Shown: positions 1 through 10,000 of the stretch, in pieces
How positions within the stretch are numbered: position 1 is the first letter of the stretch
Layout: each line of letters opens with the position of its first letter
DNA from: an uncultured Planctomycetaceae bacterium
GTDB lineage: Bacteria; Planctomycetota; Planctomycetia; Planctomycetales; Planctomycetaceae
Direction of reading: 5' to 3'
DNA: 64,000 nucleotides
Assembly (NCBI GenBank): GCA_963815195.1
Contig: CAWFGE010000013.1
Location: forward strand, 256,001 to 320,000
Program-made: the position numbers and the translations under genes
Notes under the pieces: model-generated
The model's input: the letters and a program-made list of their open reading frames with translations, nothing else
The model's database searches: none
Told to the model about the DNA's origin: nothing

Positions 1-1
1 C

Positions 2-2500
2 GCGGTCTCCCGGTGGGCCGTCACAATCAGCGGCGGCAGCGTCAACAACACGTTGCTGAATAACGTCCTCTACAATTTCGGGACCTGGAAAGGCAGCTTC
101 AGCCTTGCCCCAGACAGCTTGTCCGGATTGATCAGCGACGATAACCTCGTCATGGACCGGTTTTCGGCCGACAACGAGAACACTCGAATCACGCTCGCCG
201 ATTGGCAGGTGCAGACGGGACAGGATCAGCATTCGATGATCGCCGACGTCGGCAGCCTGTTTGTCGATCCCAGCGGCGGAGACTTGCATCTTCTTGCGGG
301 CAGCCAGGCCATCGATGCAGGAACCTCGCAATCCGCCCCCGCTGTGGATTTTGAAGGCGACGCCCGGCCGCAAGGCGCGGGCATCGACATCGGAGCCGAC
401 GAGTTTGCCGGCGTCGTCGTGCCTCCGCCTCCCGTCTCCTCGTTCGCGGCCGGCTTTGATTTCGGAACCAGCGACTCTCCCGTCGCCAATGGCTACACTC
501 AAGTCGTCGCCGGCAGTCCCTACAATGCCTCCGCGGGCTTTGGCTGGACCTCGCAAAACTGGACGGGCGCGGATGATGCCGGCGGTTTGGACCTCCTGAC
601 CCGCGATGCGGCGATTTCTCAAGCGGGCACCTTTGCGGTCGATGTGCCGGCGGGAGGATATGATGTGACCCTCACGCTCGGCGACGCCGTCGGCGTTTCC
701 GACAACGTCTCCATCTCGCTGGAAGGGACGGCCGTGGACAGCGTTTCGGCTCTCGCCGGCGAGCATGTTTCAGGGACGTATCATGTCGACGTCGCGGATG
801 GGCAATTGACCGTTGATCTCAATGACTTGGGCGGGCAGAGCCGGTACTTCTCTCTCAATGGAATCTATGTCATATCCACCGACGCGCCCCCGGCCGACCA
901 GACCGGGCCGCAGGTCATTTCCGCCGCCCCGATCAAGTCGCAGCCCAACACGCTCAATGGTTTTCAGATCACCTTCAGCGAAGCCATCCCCGATGGCGGA
1001 CTGCAACTCGGCGACCTGACGTTGGTCGGACCGAACGGCACCCTCCAGCCGAGCGGTCTGACGCGCCTGAGCGAGTCGGAATTTCAAGTCGATTTCCCGG
1101 TGCAAACCGCGGTCGGGGCTTACACGCTCACGCTGGCCCCGCAGGTTACCGATCTTGCGGGAAACTTGATGGACCAGGACGGCGACGGGACGGGCGGCGA
1201 ACCGGCGGACGATCAGTTCCAGACCACCGCCGAGATTGCGGCGGCGACGTTTGAAGCCGGCTTCGACTTTGGCACGTCCGATTCGCCGGTGGGCGGCGGG
1301 TATCGGCAGGTCACCGCGGGCACCGCGTACGATGCCTCGCTCGGTTATGGTTGGACCAGCCCGTATTGGATCGGAGCGACAGACCGCGGAGAAGCCGATG
1401 CCCTGACGCGGGACTCCAATATCACTCAAACAGGAACGTTCGCCGCGGATTTGCCCAACGGCGCCTATGACGTGACCGTTACCATCGGCGATGTCGTCGG
1501 CATTTCCGACAACCTGAGCGTCTCCTGGGAAGGCCAAGACGCGGGCCAGATTTCCGCCGCGGCGGGAGAACACGCCTCGGGCACGTACCGGGTCGAAGTC
1601 AGCGACGGGCAATTGACGATCGATATGAAAGATTTGGGAGGCGCCGACCGGTATTTCTACTTGAACGCCATTCACATTCAATCGGCCGGGGCTCCGCCTG
1701 CCGATGTCACGGGACCGCGGATCGTTTCCGCCGCGCCGATCAACTCGCAGCCCAATACGCTGGACGGTTTTCAGATCACCTTCAGCGAAGCCATTCCCGA
1801 TAACGGGATCCCGTTGAGCGCGCTGACCGTCACCGGGCCAAACGGTCCCATCCAACCCGGCGGACTGGCGCGGATCAGCGCGACCGAGTTTGAGGTCGAC
1901 ATCCCGGCTCAAACGGCCGCCGGACTTTACACGCTCACGGTGTCGCCCCAAGTCACCGATGTCGCGGGCAATCTGATGGACCAGGACGGCGATGGGACGG
2001 GCGGGGAATCCGTGGACGATCAGTTCCAGGCGATCGCCCAATTGTTCGCATCGTCCGCGTTTCAAGCCGGCTTCGATTTCGGCACCGCGGACTCCCCGGT
2101 GGCCGACGGCTTCCAGCGGGTCACACCCGATACCCGCTATGCGTCCTCCGTCGGCTACGGTTGGACCTCGGTCTTCTGGACGGGAGCGAAAGATCGCGGC
2201 GGATCGGATCCGCTGACGGAAGACTCGAACGTCAGCCAAGCGGGAACATTCGCCGTGGATCTGCCCAACGGCACTTATGATGTGACGATCACCATCGGCG
2301 ACGCCGTCGGCGTCTCGGACAACCTGAGCGTGTCTTTGGAAGGCAGCGAGGCCGGTCAGATTTCGGCCGCGGCCGGCCAACACGTCTCGGCCACGTATCG
2401 CGTGGAAGTCACGGATGGGCAACTGACGATTGAGCTAACCGATCTGGGAGGAGCCAGCCGGTACTTCTATCTCAACAGTCTGCAAATCCGCAGCGTGTGA
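2..2500 (+). CDS. 5'-truncated large secreted/surface protein: end of a beta-helix-type region (choice-of-anchor Q-like), then 3 galactose-binding-like beta-sandwich modules alternating with 2 Ig-like modules
   Basis: The frame is open from base 2 with no stop before the ORF-track start at 53. It has the motif GDLHLLAGSQAIDAG...DFEGDARPQG..IDIGADEF, three FDFGTxDSPVxxG[YF] modules (GFDFG at ~452, 1259, 2069) and two Ig-like TFSE...VTDxAGNLMDQDGDG modules. Confidence 0.75.
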   Translation, partial: AVSRWAVTISGGSVNNTLLNNVLYNFGTWKGSFSLAPDSLSGLISDDNLVMDRFSADNENTRITLADWQVQTGQDQHSMIADVGSLFVDPSGGDLHLLAGSQAIDAGTSQSAPAVDFEGDARPQGAGIDIGADEFAGVVVPPPPVSSFAAGFDFGTSDSPVANGYTQVVAGSPYNASAGFGWTSQNWTGADDAGGLDLLTRDAAISQAGTFAVDVPAGGYDVTLTLGDAVGVSDNVSISLEGTAVDSVSALAGEHVSGTYHVDVADGQLTVDLNDLGGQSRYFSLNGIYVISTDAPPADQTGPQVISAAPIKSQPNTLNGFQITFSEAIPDGGLQLGDLTLVGPNGTLQPSGLTRLSESEFQVDFPVQTAVGAYTLTLAPQVTDLAGNLMDQDGDGTGGEPADDQFQTTAEIAAATFEAGFDFGTSDSPVGGGYRQVTAGTAYDASLGYGWTSPYWIGATDRGEADALTRDSNITQTGTFAADLPNGAYDVTVTIGDVVGISDNLSVSWEGQDAGQISAAAGEHASGTYRVEVSDGQLTIDMKDLGGADRYFYLNAIHIQSAGAPPADVTGPRIVSAAPINSQPNTLDGFQITFSEAIPDNGIPLSALTVTGPNGPIQPGGLARISATEFEVDIPAQTAAGLYTLTVSPQVTDVAGNLMDQDGDGTGGESVDDQFQAIAQLFASSAFQAGFDFGTADSPVADGFQRVTPDTRYASSVGYGWTSVFWTGAKDRGGSDPLTEDSNVSQAGTFAVDLPNGTYDVTITIGDAVGVSDNLSVSLEGSEAGQISAAAGQHVSATYRVEVTDGQLTIELTDLGGASRYFYLNSLQIRSV

Positions 2501-2507
2501 GGAATTT

Positions 2508-2588
2508 CAGCCGGAACGCGCTCGCCTCCGGTTCAGCGATCGCCAGCGAAAATCAAATGAACCGGGGCTAGCGGCCTGCGGCGAATGA
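2508..2588. repeat. REP-like doublet (family A) between convergent genes
   Basis: CCGGAACGCGCTCGCCTCCGGTTC ... GAACCGGGGCTAGCGGCCTGCGGC. The same two-part motif recurs at ~29190, 39675, 40250 and 41430. Confidence 0.7.
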
Positions 2589-2597
2589 TTCTTCCGA

Positions 2598-3695
2598 TCA
2601 CGTGGCGGTTTGAAGGTCTTCGAGGTGTGGGTGATGGAAATTCGGTTGGCTCGCGCCCTGCTCGGCTTGATGGATGAAGTCCGCCATCTCACGGGCCGTG
2701 ACGTAGTAATAATGGAAGGGACGCTCCGGGGATTCCGCGGCACGGGCGAGCGATTCGTGGAACCGCCGCATCGGTTCGCCGAGCAGCATGCCCGCGTTCT
2801 TTTCGACGGCCCCGTGCGTGTGCAGCTTGATGAACAACCAATTCGGCTGCCCCACGACGCGCACGCCCGCCCGCATCCAGAACTCCAACCGCTCTGGCGT
2901 CGGCGGTTGGAGGCCGTGGAGATCGCCGTTTTCCAAGCGGGGAAGAAAGCCGTGTTTCCTCCGCGACCAATCCAAGGCCAAGGGCCCCTGCACCATCAAG
3001 AGGGCCTCTTCGGGAGGACGCCGGCCGACTTGGGCGGCGATGCCCCGGTCGTGCGATTTGGGACGGTGCGGATCATCGACCGCATAATAGATGCTGTTGA
3101 TTGTCCGCGTCTGCGTTTCGCTGGGAGCGGAAGGCATCGTGAAGTCGGCGTAACATCCGGTCTCCCGGAGCACCGTCAACTCATTGTTCACGCCGCACCA
3201 GCGACCGTCCGCGCGGGAATTGTCCAACGCCCAGTTGCCGTGGATGAAGCCGTACTCGATCCGGCCTTCCGCATTCGGGCGGAGCAAGCCGTGCTCGTTG
3301 TGCAGCTCGGCTTTGAACCATTCGAGCGTTTCCCGGAGTCCCTCTGCGGTGTCGTTGTCGTGGTGCAGATGGATCTCGACATCGCCGAAACCTTGTTCGC
3401 AGAGTTCCGCGATCTGGGCCACATGTTCGGGGGCGTATTCGTCGGCGGGCCAGAAAAACGAATGTTGCGGAGGCGTGCCGCGGGAGTCCGCGCGATCCGC
3501 CGCCATCTTCGGATAATCTTCCACCCAACGCCGAACCCGCTCCTGTTGTTTCCAGGCGGGAACCTTGCCGTGCATGGGTTCGTAATGGTCGGCGATGCAA
3601 ACAAAGACGTGCGGCGATTCTCCCTGTTTGATCCGATGGCCGTGCGCGAGCAATTTCACCAGCGCGCTCCAATGCAAACCTCGCGGACGGTACAT
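2598..3695 (-). CDS. Conserved hypothetical protein of EPS loci, possible metal-dependent polysaccharide deacetylase-like enzyme
   Basis: 365-aa ORF with His/Asp-rich motifs ADHYEP, EIHLHH, FIHGNWALDNS and KLHTHG. Last gene of the glycosyltransferase cluster. Confidence 0.6.
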   Translation of the reverse strand: MYRPRGLHWSALVKLLAHGHRIKQGESPHVFVCIADHYEPMHGKVPAWKQQERVRRWVEDYPKMAADRADSRGTPPQHSFFWPADEYAPEHVAQIAELCEQGFGDVEIHLHHDNDTAEGLRETLEWFKAELHNEHGLLRPNAEGRIEYGFIHGNWALDNSRADGRWCGVNNELTVLRETGCYADFTMPSAPSETQTRTINSIYYAVDDPHRPKSHDRGIAAQVGRRPPEEALLMVQGPLALDWSRRKHGFLPRLENGDLHGLQPPTPERLEFWMRAGVRVVGQPNWLFIKLHTHGAVEKNAGMLLGEPMRRFHESLARAAESPERPFHYYYVTAREMADFIHQAEQGASQPNFHHPHLEDLQTAT

Positions 3696-3750
3696 GATGC
3701 TGTGGTTCCCATCGTCTGAAGAGTGTCGGATTCGACGTGACGCCGGTCTC

Positions 3751-4917
3751 TTAACGGGCCGTGCGATGCCAGGTTCCGCGTTGATGCGTCGTCAGCCATC
3801 GCCAAAAGCCCACCAACAGGGCGGCGTTCATCGAGCAGAACAGACTGCTCACGCGAATGAGTCTGAGGGAGGGGTGTTGTCCGCGGGTTCGGCTGCCCAC
3901 GAAGGCCAGCCCATAAAACCCAAGCTGGGCCAATAGCGTCCCTTGATAGAAGCCGTGGTCGAGCAAAGCCCCGTTTGCGAGCAGGATTCCGACGAGAAAG
4001 AACGGAGCGAGCCATCTCAAAACTTTGTGCGAGAAAAAGCAGAACCCCGTCCAGCCGTGCCTTGCCGAAAGCAACCGCCAGAGCAGCGTCAGGCTTTGAT
4101 AGCCGCCGGCCCCAATGCGGGAGCGCCGCCGAAACTCGGCTCCCAGCGTGGGCGGGGTTTCCTCGAAGGCGAGCGCCGCCGGTTCGTAGTCCACGCGGAA
4201 TTCGTGCCGCAATTTCGAGAGCAGCGGGATCACGAAATCATCGATGATGGTGTTATTCGGAATGGGCACGTAAAGTTTTTTCGGCAAGGCATAGATCGCC
4301 CCGTTGGCCCCCAGGAGCGTTCCCACCCGCGATTCGCAGCGTTTGAGGAAGGTTTCGTAGCGCCAATAGAAGCTGTCGACGTTTTGCCCGGTGGCCGGGT
4401 CCGTCAGAATCAGCCGGCCGCACACCGCGCCGACGTTCGGATCGTCGAATCGCCGCACGAGACGCCGAATGGCCTGCGCGTCGTACATCGTGTTGGCATC
4501 GCTGAAGACGACGATGTCGCCCGTGAGCCTGGGGACGGAGGAATTGAGGACCGCCGACTTGCCGCGCCGCTCTGCATAGTCGAACAGAACGACGCCCTGC
4601 GAAGCGTACCGCCTGACAATCGCGTTGGTGCCGTCGTCGCTGCCGTCCGATCCGACGACGATCTCCAAGCGGTCGCGCGGATAATCGAGGGCCAGCGCAT
4701 TTTGCAGGCGTTCTTCGAGGACGTTTTCTTCGTTGTAAGCCGCGATCAATAACGAGACGGCGGGCAGTTCGCCAGACGTCGTTTCCGGAGGCGAAGTCTC
4801 GCGGCCCAACAACCGAGACGCCAGCCAGATCAGCGCGGGATAGAGGATGTAGGTATAAGCCACCAAACCGGAGCAAATCCAGAAGACGAAAGACATCAAA
4901 AGTTCAAACCAGTTCAT
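3751..4917 (-). CDS. GT2 glycosyltransferase (CESA-like, IcaA/PgaC type)
   Basis: N-terminal TM helix, LIAAYNEE, SDGSDDGT, FSDAN, GANGAIYA, IDDF, RRRSRIG and C-terminal TM helices. Confidence 0.9.
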   Translation of the reverse strand: MNWFELLMSFVFWICSGLVAYTYILYPALIWLASRLLGRETSPPETTSGELPAVSLLIAAYNEENVLEERLQNALALDYPRDRLEIVVGSDGSDDGTNAIVRRYASQGVVLFDYAERRGKSAVLNSSVPRLTGDIVVFSDANTMYDAQAIRRLVRRFDDPNVGAVCGRLILTDPATGQNVDSFYWRYETFLKRCESRVGTLLGANGAIYALPKKLYVPIPNNTIIDDFVIPLLSKLRHEFRVDYEPAALAFEETPPTLGAEFRRRSRIGAGGYQSLTLLWRLLSARHGWTGFCFFSHKVLRWLAPFFLVGILLANGALLDHGFYQGTLLAQLGFYGLAFVGSRTRGQHPSLRLIRVSSLFCSMNAALLVGFWRWLTTHQRGTWHRTAR

Positions 4918-5941
4918 GAGGGCAAATCCTTTCAGAAGAGGCTCTCGTGCGAGCCGATCGCAGTTCCCCGGCGGCTTGCCGGGAAGTTGACGCGTTTTCG
5001 CAAATCGGGGCCGGCCGGGCGGCGAGCCACATGTAATCGGCCGCCAGTTCGTCGGCGTTCCATGGGGCGAAATCGGTATGCACCGAAAGTTTTCCGCTGC
5101 GAATGGCCTCGCGGGCCCGCTCGTCCATCCGCACGCGCTCGGTCACAATCTGAAAGTCCGCGTCTTCGACAAGCCGGCGGTGCTCGACGCAGCGAAGCCG
5201 GTTGTGATACGCCAGTCCGCTGCCTCCCAGCCAATACCACTGCCGCTTCGAGAACTTCAGAAAATTGGCGCCGGTGATGGAGGAATCCACGGCCACGAAA
5301 TGGTCCTGCGGATTGAAGCGGTGGGCGATGAGTCCGCCGGGTTTGAGAATCCGCCGGCTCTCCCGATGAATCGCCTGGAGAACCTCCGGGGGAATGTGCT
5401 CCAAGACATTCGAGCTGACGATAAAGTCCGCCGTGCCCTCGGCCAGACCGGTTTGGCGCGCATCGCCGGGGCAGCGGTATTCGATATGGAAGCGTTCGAG
5501 CAGCCGATCGAGTTTTAGATCGTTCAACTTTGAATCGTCGGGAATCGCTGGCTCAAACCGCCGGCGGATTTTCTCTTCCGGAAGTTGCAAGCTCGCCGAG
5601 ACTTCGTGCAATCGCGATCCAATCGCCCTGATGGTTTCCCGGACATAGTCCCGGTCGAGCCAGGGGTTCACATCGAACGTTACGATCCGCTCGGCCCCAG
5701 CCAGCCGCAGCAGGATCGGCAGAAACGGACGCCAACCGGTTCCGATCTCCACGCAGACGGCCTTCTCGAGTTGTCCGCCGGCTCCGCGAACGAGATCGAC
5801 GATTTCCACCGAGCGCTTCAGCGACTCGGGAAAGTCGAAGCCGTTCGTGCCGCAGGCCCGTTGCAGTTTGTGATAAACACTTCGCCCGCCGGGAACGCGG
5901 CTGAGCACCGCAGACGCCGAGGCCTTGATGATCCACTTCAT
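4904..5941 (-). CDS. Class I SAM-dependent methyltransferase
   Basis: VEIGTGW motif I, DFIVSSNVLEHIP, RRILKPGG. GGAGGA RBS before the ATG at 5941. Confidence 0.85.
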   Translation of the reverse strand: MKWIIKASASAVLSRVPGGRSVYHKLQRACGTNGFDFPESLKRSVEIVDLVRGAGGQLEKAVCVEIGTGWRPFLPILLRLAGAERIVTFDVNPWLDRDYVRETIRAIGSRLHEVSASLQLPEEKIRRRFEPAIPDDSKLNDLKLDRLLERFHIEYRCPGDARQTGLAEGTADFIVSSNVLEHIPPEVLQAIHRESRRILKPGGLIAHRFNPQDHFVAVDSSITGANFLKFSKRQWYWLGGSGLAYHNRLRCVEHRRLVEDADFQIVTERVRMDERAREAIRSGKLSVHTDFAPWNADELAADYMWLAARPAPICENASTSRQAAGELRSARTRASSERICPHELV

Positions 5942-5971
5942 CGATGTCCTCCCCAATGTTTTCTTCCGACT

Positions 5972-7321
5972 TCAGACGGTCTCCAAGAGCTTGGGCCCCG
6001 CCGCGCGAACGGCGGCCTCCAGAACCGCCGCGAGCTCGCCCGCCTGCGCGGGCCGGGCAAAGCGGGACAGATCGTGTTCCAGAATCTGCGTCGTCGGCTT
6101 TCCGGGATGCATGGAAACCTCGCGGGCCAAGGCGTCGGCGATTCCGGAAATGTCCCCCGGATCATGCCGGCTTTTGAGCGGGTACTCTTCGAGCAGATTC
6201 CAAACTTCCCCGCGCGGCGCGATGGCCAGGATCGGCCGGCTCGCGGCCATGTACTCGAAAACCTTGGCAGGCACGACGCGGGCCGAATCGGCGTTGTCGC
6301 TCAAGAGCAGGCACAACCCGTCCGCAGACTGCATGAGCCGCACGGCCGCGGCGTGATCCACATAGCCCGCATCGGTCCATTCGCAGGAGGTTCCCTCGAG
6401 TCGTTCCAAAAGCCGACTTTGGGCCTCGGTGCGACGGCCGGCGAAAACCAGTTCGAGCCGGCTCGCCAACTCCGGCGATTCCCGGTCGAGCCGCTCCACC
6501 GCGCGGACCAACGGCTCCACCGAGGTCAGATTCCACAATGTCCCCACATAGACCAGACGATATTTTCGGCGCGGCTCGGCCGGCCGGGTTTCGGCCGCGC
6601 GAAAATCGCCGGGATCGTATCCGTTGTAAATGCAATCGACCGTCGCCGCCGTTCCCGCTTGATGACACAACGCGCGAATGGCATCGGCACTGGCGAGAGT
6701 GGTGGTCAACACGGAACTCGCCGCCCGCAGGACGCCGGCCTGCATCCGCTGTTGGACTTTGTTCGAGAGGGCAGTGATGTCGCGATTCTCGCGGTGCCGA
6801 TTGCTCAAATCCCATTCATCGCGGTAATCCAGCACGAGCGGAATCCGAAACCGCCGGCTCAGATGCCGGCCGATCAGGAACGACGTAAACGGCGGGGCCG
6901 TCGCCAGGATCGCCTGATGAGGCATCTCCCGCAGCAATGCCGACGCGGCGCGGATCGCCTGCGGAGCCCACAGGATTTGCGGGTCGGGCTGCAAGAAAAA
7001 CAGGGCCGAGCGCTTGGCCCAGCGTTTCATCCAGCGGGTGATGGAAGGCCGGTTGGTTTTCGATTCCGCATCCGCAACGAGCGACTTCACGCGGTAAGCC
7101 GGCTCCCAGGACTTCGCCCGCCGCACGATCAAATCGTCCGGGAGTTCCTCGGAGAGCGTGGGATCCTTTACGGGCACGGAGGGATTTTTTGCGGTCACGA
7201 CCGAAGCCTGCCAGCCGTGCATCGGCAGATACTTGACGAACTTCGCCGCCCGCTGCACGCCCGCGCCGCCGACCGGCGGGAACTCGTAGGAGATGACTAA
7301 AACTCGGTTTGTCGTTTGCAT
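5972..7321 (-). CDS. GT4 glycosyltransferase
   Basis: VLVISYEFPPVGGAGVQR, LDYRDEW, IYNGYD, PAKVFEYMAASRPIL. Start placed at MQTTNR. Confidence 0.88.
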   Translation of the reverse strand: MQTTNRVLVISYEFPPVGGAGVQRAAKFVKYLPMHGWQASVVTAKNPSVPVKDPTLSEELPDDLIVRRAKSWEPAYRVKSLVADAESKTNRPSITRWMKRWAKRSALFFLQPDPQILWAPQAIRAASALLREMPHQAILATAPPFTSFLIGRHLSRRFRIPLVLDYRDEWDLSNRHRENRDITALSNKVQQRMQAGVLRAASSVLTTTLASADAIRALCHQAGTAATVDCIYNGYDPGDFRAAETRPAEPRRKYRLVYVGTLWNLTSVEPLVRAVERLDRESPELASRLELVFAGRRTEAQSRLLERLEGTSCEWTDAGYVDHAAAVRLMQSADGLCLLLSDNADSARVVPAKVFEYMAASRPILAIAPRGEVWNLLEEYPLKSRHDPGDISGIADALAREVSMHPGKPTTQILEHDLSRFARPAQAGELAAVLEAAVRAAGPKLLETV

Positions 7322-7352
7322 CTTCGGCTCTTGGAATGAAATGCCGGTTGGC

Positions 7353-8585
7353 TCAATGGGAGTGTTGGTGGACACCGCGCGCGGAAATGGTCTCTGGGTT
7401 TGATTCAACAACTCTGGAACGCGGCGGCATGACCTGATGGAAGACCGCGAGCAATGCCTCCGCGGATTCCGACCAGGTGGCGTGAGGTTTTCCTTCGGGG
7501 ACGTCCGGGCGTACTTCCGAAAGCAAACTTGCAATCGCATTGGCCAGAGCGGGCGGATCGTTCGCGGGAACCAGGCGATCCGCGCGGCCGGCGATTTCGG
7601 GAATCCCGCCAACCCGGCTGGCGACAAACGGCACGCCGCACGCCTTGGCTTCCAATAACACGTTGGGCACGCCTTCCGATTGGCTGGGCAGAATCACAAC
7701 ATCGGCCGCGCGGAACCAATCGGCCAACTCGGCATGCGGGCGCACGCCTTCCAGCGTGATGTGCTCTTCAAGCTGCAGTCGCTCGATTTGCGCCGCCAGA
7801 CTTTTACGAAGGGGGCCTTCGCCGAGAATGTGGCAGTGAAAGTTGCGTTCTCGGTTCCGCAGAATCGCGCAGGCGTCCAAGAGGACGGGCACCTGTTTCA
7901 CCGGGACGAGATTGCCCACGAACAACAAGCGGGGCACACTTGCCTCCAATCCCAGCTGCTCTTGCGCTTGGGTTCGGCTGCCGGGACAAAACAGGTCCTG
8001 GTCCACGCCGTTATAGACGACATGCACGCGTTCGGGATCTGCCCCGAGTTCCACGACTTCGTCCGCCAACTGCCGGCTGACGGCCACGATTCTGTCCGCT
8101 TCGCGCAGCGTTTCGATCGTGCCCGGTCGCCGGCCGGGATATTGAGCGAGCGTGTGCACGTCAGACCCCATGACTTTCACCACCACGGGCCGATCGGCCG
8201 CGTGCCCCAATCGCACGGCGGTCCAACCGTCGGGATAAGCCCAGGGCGCATAAATCACATCGGGCTGAAATTGCCGAAGCACCGCATCGAAAACCCGCCG
8301 CACGCTGAGCCGATACCATTGGCCCAGCCCCTTGCGGAACATCGCGGGCAGATAGAGAAACCGCGGATGATTGATCCGAATGGAGTCCCGCCACAACCAG
8401 CGGTTCCTCGGCATCGATCGGCGGCGTTCTTCTCGCCCCGCAGCCCATTCCTGCGTCCAGGCAACCGGGGCGATCACGCGCAACTCGGCCCGCTCGGCCA
8501 GCGCTCGGATCTGCTGACGATTGTGCGCGCAGCTGTGCGGCCGATAGGGCGTCGGATATTGGGTTGTTAGCGCAAGGATTCGCAT
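7353..8585 (-). CDS. GT4 glycosyltransferase (TuaC-like)
   Basis: MRILALTTQYP, AYPDG, GSDV, VYNGVD, FVGNLVPVK, PSQSEGVPNVLLEA, SRVGGIPE. Confidence 0.9.
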   Translation of the reverse strand: MRILALTTQYPTPYRPHSCAHNRQQIRALAERAELRVIAPVAWTQEWAAGREERRRSMPRNRWLWRDSIRINHPRFLYLPAMFRKGLGQWYRLSVRRVFDAVLRQFQPDVIYAPWAYPDGWTAVRLGHAADRPVVVKVMGSDVHTLAQYPGRRPGTIETLREADRIVAVSRQLADEVVELGADPERVHVVYNGVDQDLFCPGSRTQAQEQLGLEASVPRLLFVGNLVPVKQVPVLLDACAILRNRERNFHCHILGEGPLRKSLAAQIERLQLEEHITLEGVRPHAELADWFRAADVVILPSQSEGVPNVLLEAKACGVPFVASRVGGIPEIAGRADRLVPANDPPALANAIASLLSEVRPDVPEGKPHATWSESAEALLAVFHQVMPPRSRVVESNPETISARGVHQHSH

Positions 8586-10000
8586 GGGCTTTCTGGCTTT
8601 TCCTGAGACGGGCGGCAGCGATTCACGACGACTTGCAACTTGCCGGACCGCGTGAGCGGGATGTCCGCGACGACCGAGCATTCCAGCTTGAGGGCATCGC
8701 CCATCTGCCGGCGGATTTGGCGTTCGAGCTTCAATGCTTGCTCAGTGTTCCAGTCGTCGGTGACGACGAGTTTCAACTGCACGGCGTCCGGCCGATCTTG
8801 AACGGCTTGAAACCGCCGGACCGCCGGGAAGTCCTTGATGAGATGCGGGAAAAACTCGCCGGGCAGATGCCGGCCGTCGGGGCTTTGGAGCACATCCAAT
8901 CGGCGTCCGGTGACTTCGCGCAAGAGCGGCAGACCGCGCCCGCAGGAACACGTCTCCCAACCCGCGACGGCGCGGTCTCCGTTGGCGTAACGAATAAACG
9001 GCATGCCGAGGTTGTAAAGATCGGTGACCACCACGTTGCCGACTTCGCCCTTCGGCGCGGGCCGGCCGTCATCGTCCAGGATCTCGAGGAGCAGGTGCTC
9101 GCTCGTGAGATGCAAGCCTTCATGCCGATCGCACTCCGCCGCGATCAGCATGAACTCCCGCGAACCGTAGGTCTCAAACACCGGGGCCGCGAAGACCTCT
9201 TCGATGAGTTCCCGCTGGAACGGATACAGCTTCTCCGCACCGACGATGATCGATCGCGGCGAAACGGGTTCGAGACCCCGGTCCTTCAGCATTCGGGCGA
9301 ACAGATACAAAGGCCCGGTATAAGCCACGGCCACGTCGGCCCGGCAGCGGTTCCAGGCGGCGAAGTAATCGAGAAGCCGCTCTTCGCTGAGGTCGAACGT
9401 ATTCAGGATCCGCCGCCGATACAGAATGCGATCGTAGAGATGCCCTTTGATCCGCTGTGCCGGCGAGCGGTCTCCCAAGGGCACGCCCCACAAGTAAATC
9501 TGATTCGTGCCTGGAAAGGCGCCGGCCCAGTTGTAGCCTCGCTGCGATGCGGCCACGCGGCGGTCATGGCTGTCGAAGCTCAAATCGAACGTCAGAGGCA
9601 CGCCGCTCGATCCGCCCGTTGACTTGGTCAAGAGTTTTTCATCGGGCGGATTGGATTGCATCGCCGCGCGGTGGGTGCGGATCGTCTCGCGGTCGATCAC
9701 CGGCCAGGCTTGGAAGTCGGCGAGCGCCTTCAGATCCCGGCTTTGCAAGCCGGCGGTTTGCCATTGGTTGCGGTAAAACTCGCAATGCCGCTCGGCGTGC
9801 TTTAACAGATTCTGAAGCGCTGCCGTTTGACGTTCGGCGAGTTCCGCTTCGGATTCCCACTGGCTCTGTTCCAGATCGTTCAGGTAGCGGAAGGTCGCGC
9901 GGCGTTTGATGTGGCTTTCGAAGCCGCGAATCAAACCGCCGCGGATTCGCGTGGTCCAATGATGGGAACCGTTGTGGCGGGAAGGCGTTCGCTCAAGCAT
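8567..10000 (-). CDS. Phenylacetate-CoA ligase family (CapK/PaaK-like) adenylate-forming enzyme
   Basis: STGGSSGVP P-loop, ETYGSRE, TDLYNLGMPFIRYANGD, CSCGRGLPLL, GRRLD. Confidence 0.88.
   Translation of the reverse strand: MLERTPSRHNGSHHWTTRIRGGLIRGFESHIKRRATFRYLNDLEQSQWESEAELAERQTAALQNLLKHAERHCEFYRNQWQTAGLQSRDLKALADFQAWPVIDRETIRTHRAAMQSNPPDEKLLTKSTGGSSGVPLTFDLSFDSHDRRVAASQRGYNWAGAFPGTNQIYLWGVPLGDRSPAQRIKGHLYDRILYRRRILNTFDLSEERLLDYFAAWNRCRADVAVAYTGPLYLFARMLKDRGLEPVSPRSIIVGAEKLYPFQRELIEEVFAAPVFETYGSREFMLIAAECDRHEGLHLTSEHLLLEILDDDGRPAPKGEVGNVVVTDLYNLGMPFIRYANGDRAVAGWETCSCGRGLPLLREVTGRRLDVLQSPDGRHLPGEFFPHLIKDFPAVRRFQAVQDRPDAVQLKLVVTDDWNTEQALKLERQIRRQMGDALKLECSVVADIPLTRSGKLQVVVNRCRPSQEKPESPCESLR

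Noticed and set aside
770..7300. Long antisense or overlapping ORFs (e.g. 770..2422, 2610..3719, 5585..7300, and similar ORFs elsewhere)
   Set aside because: They are shadows of real genes in GC-rich DNA, with no motifs and Arg/Gly/Pro-rich composition.
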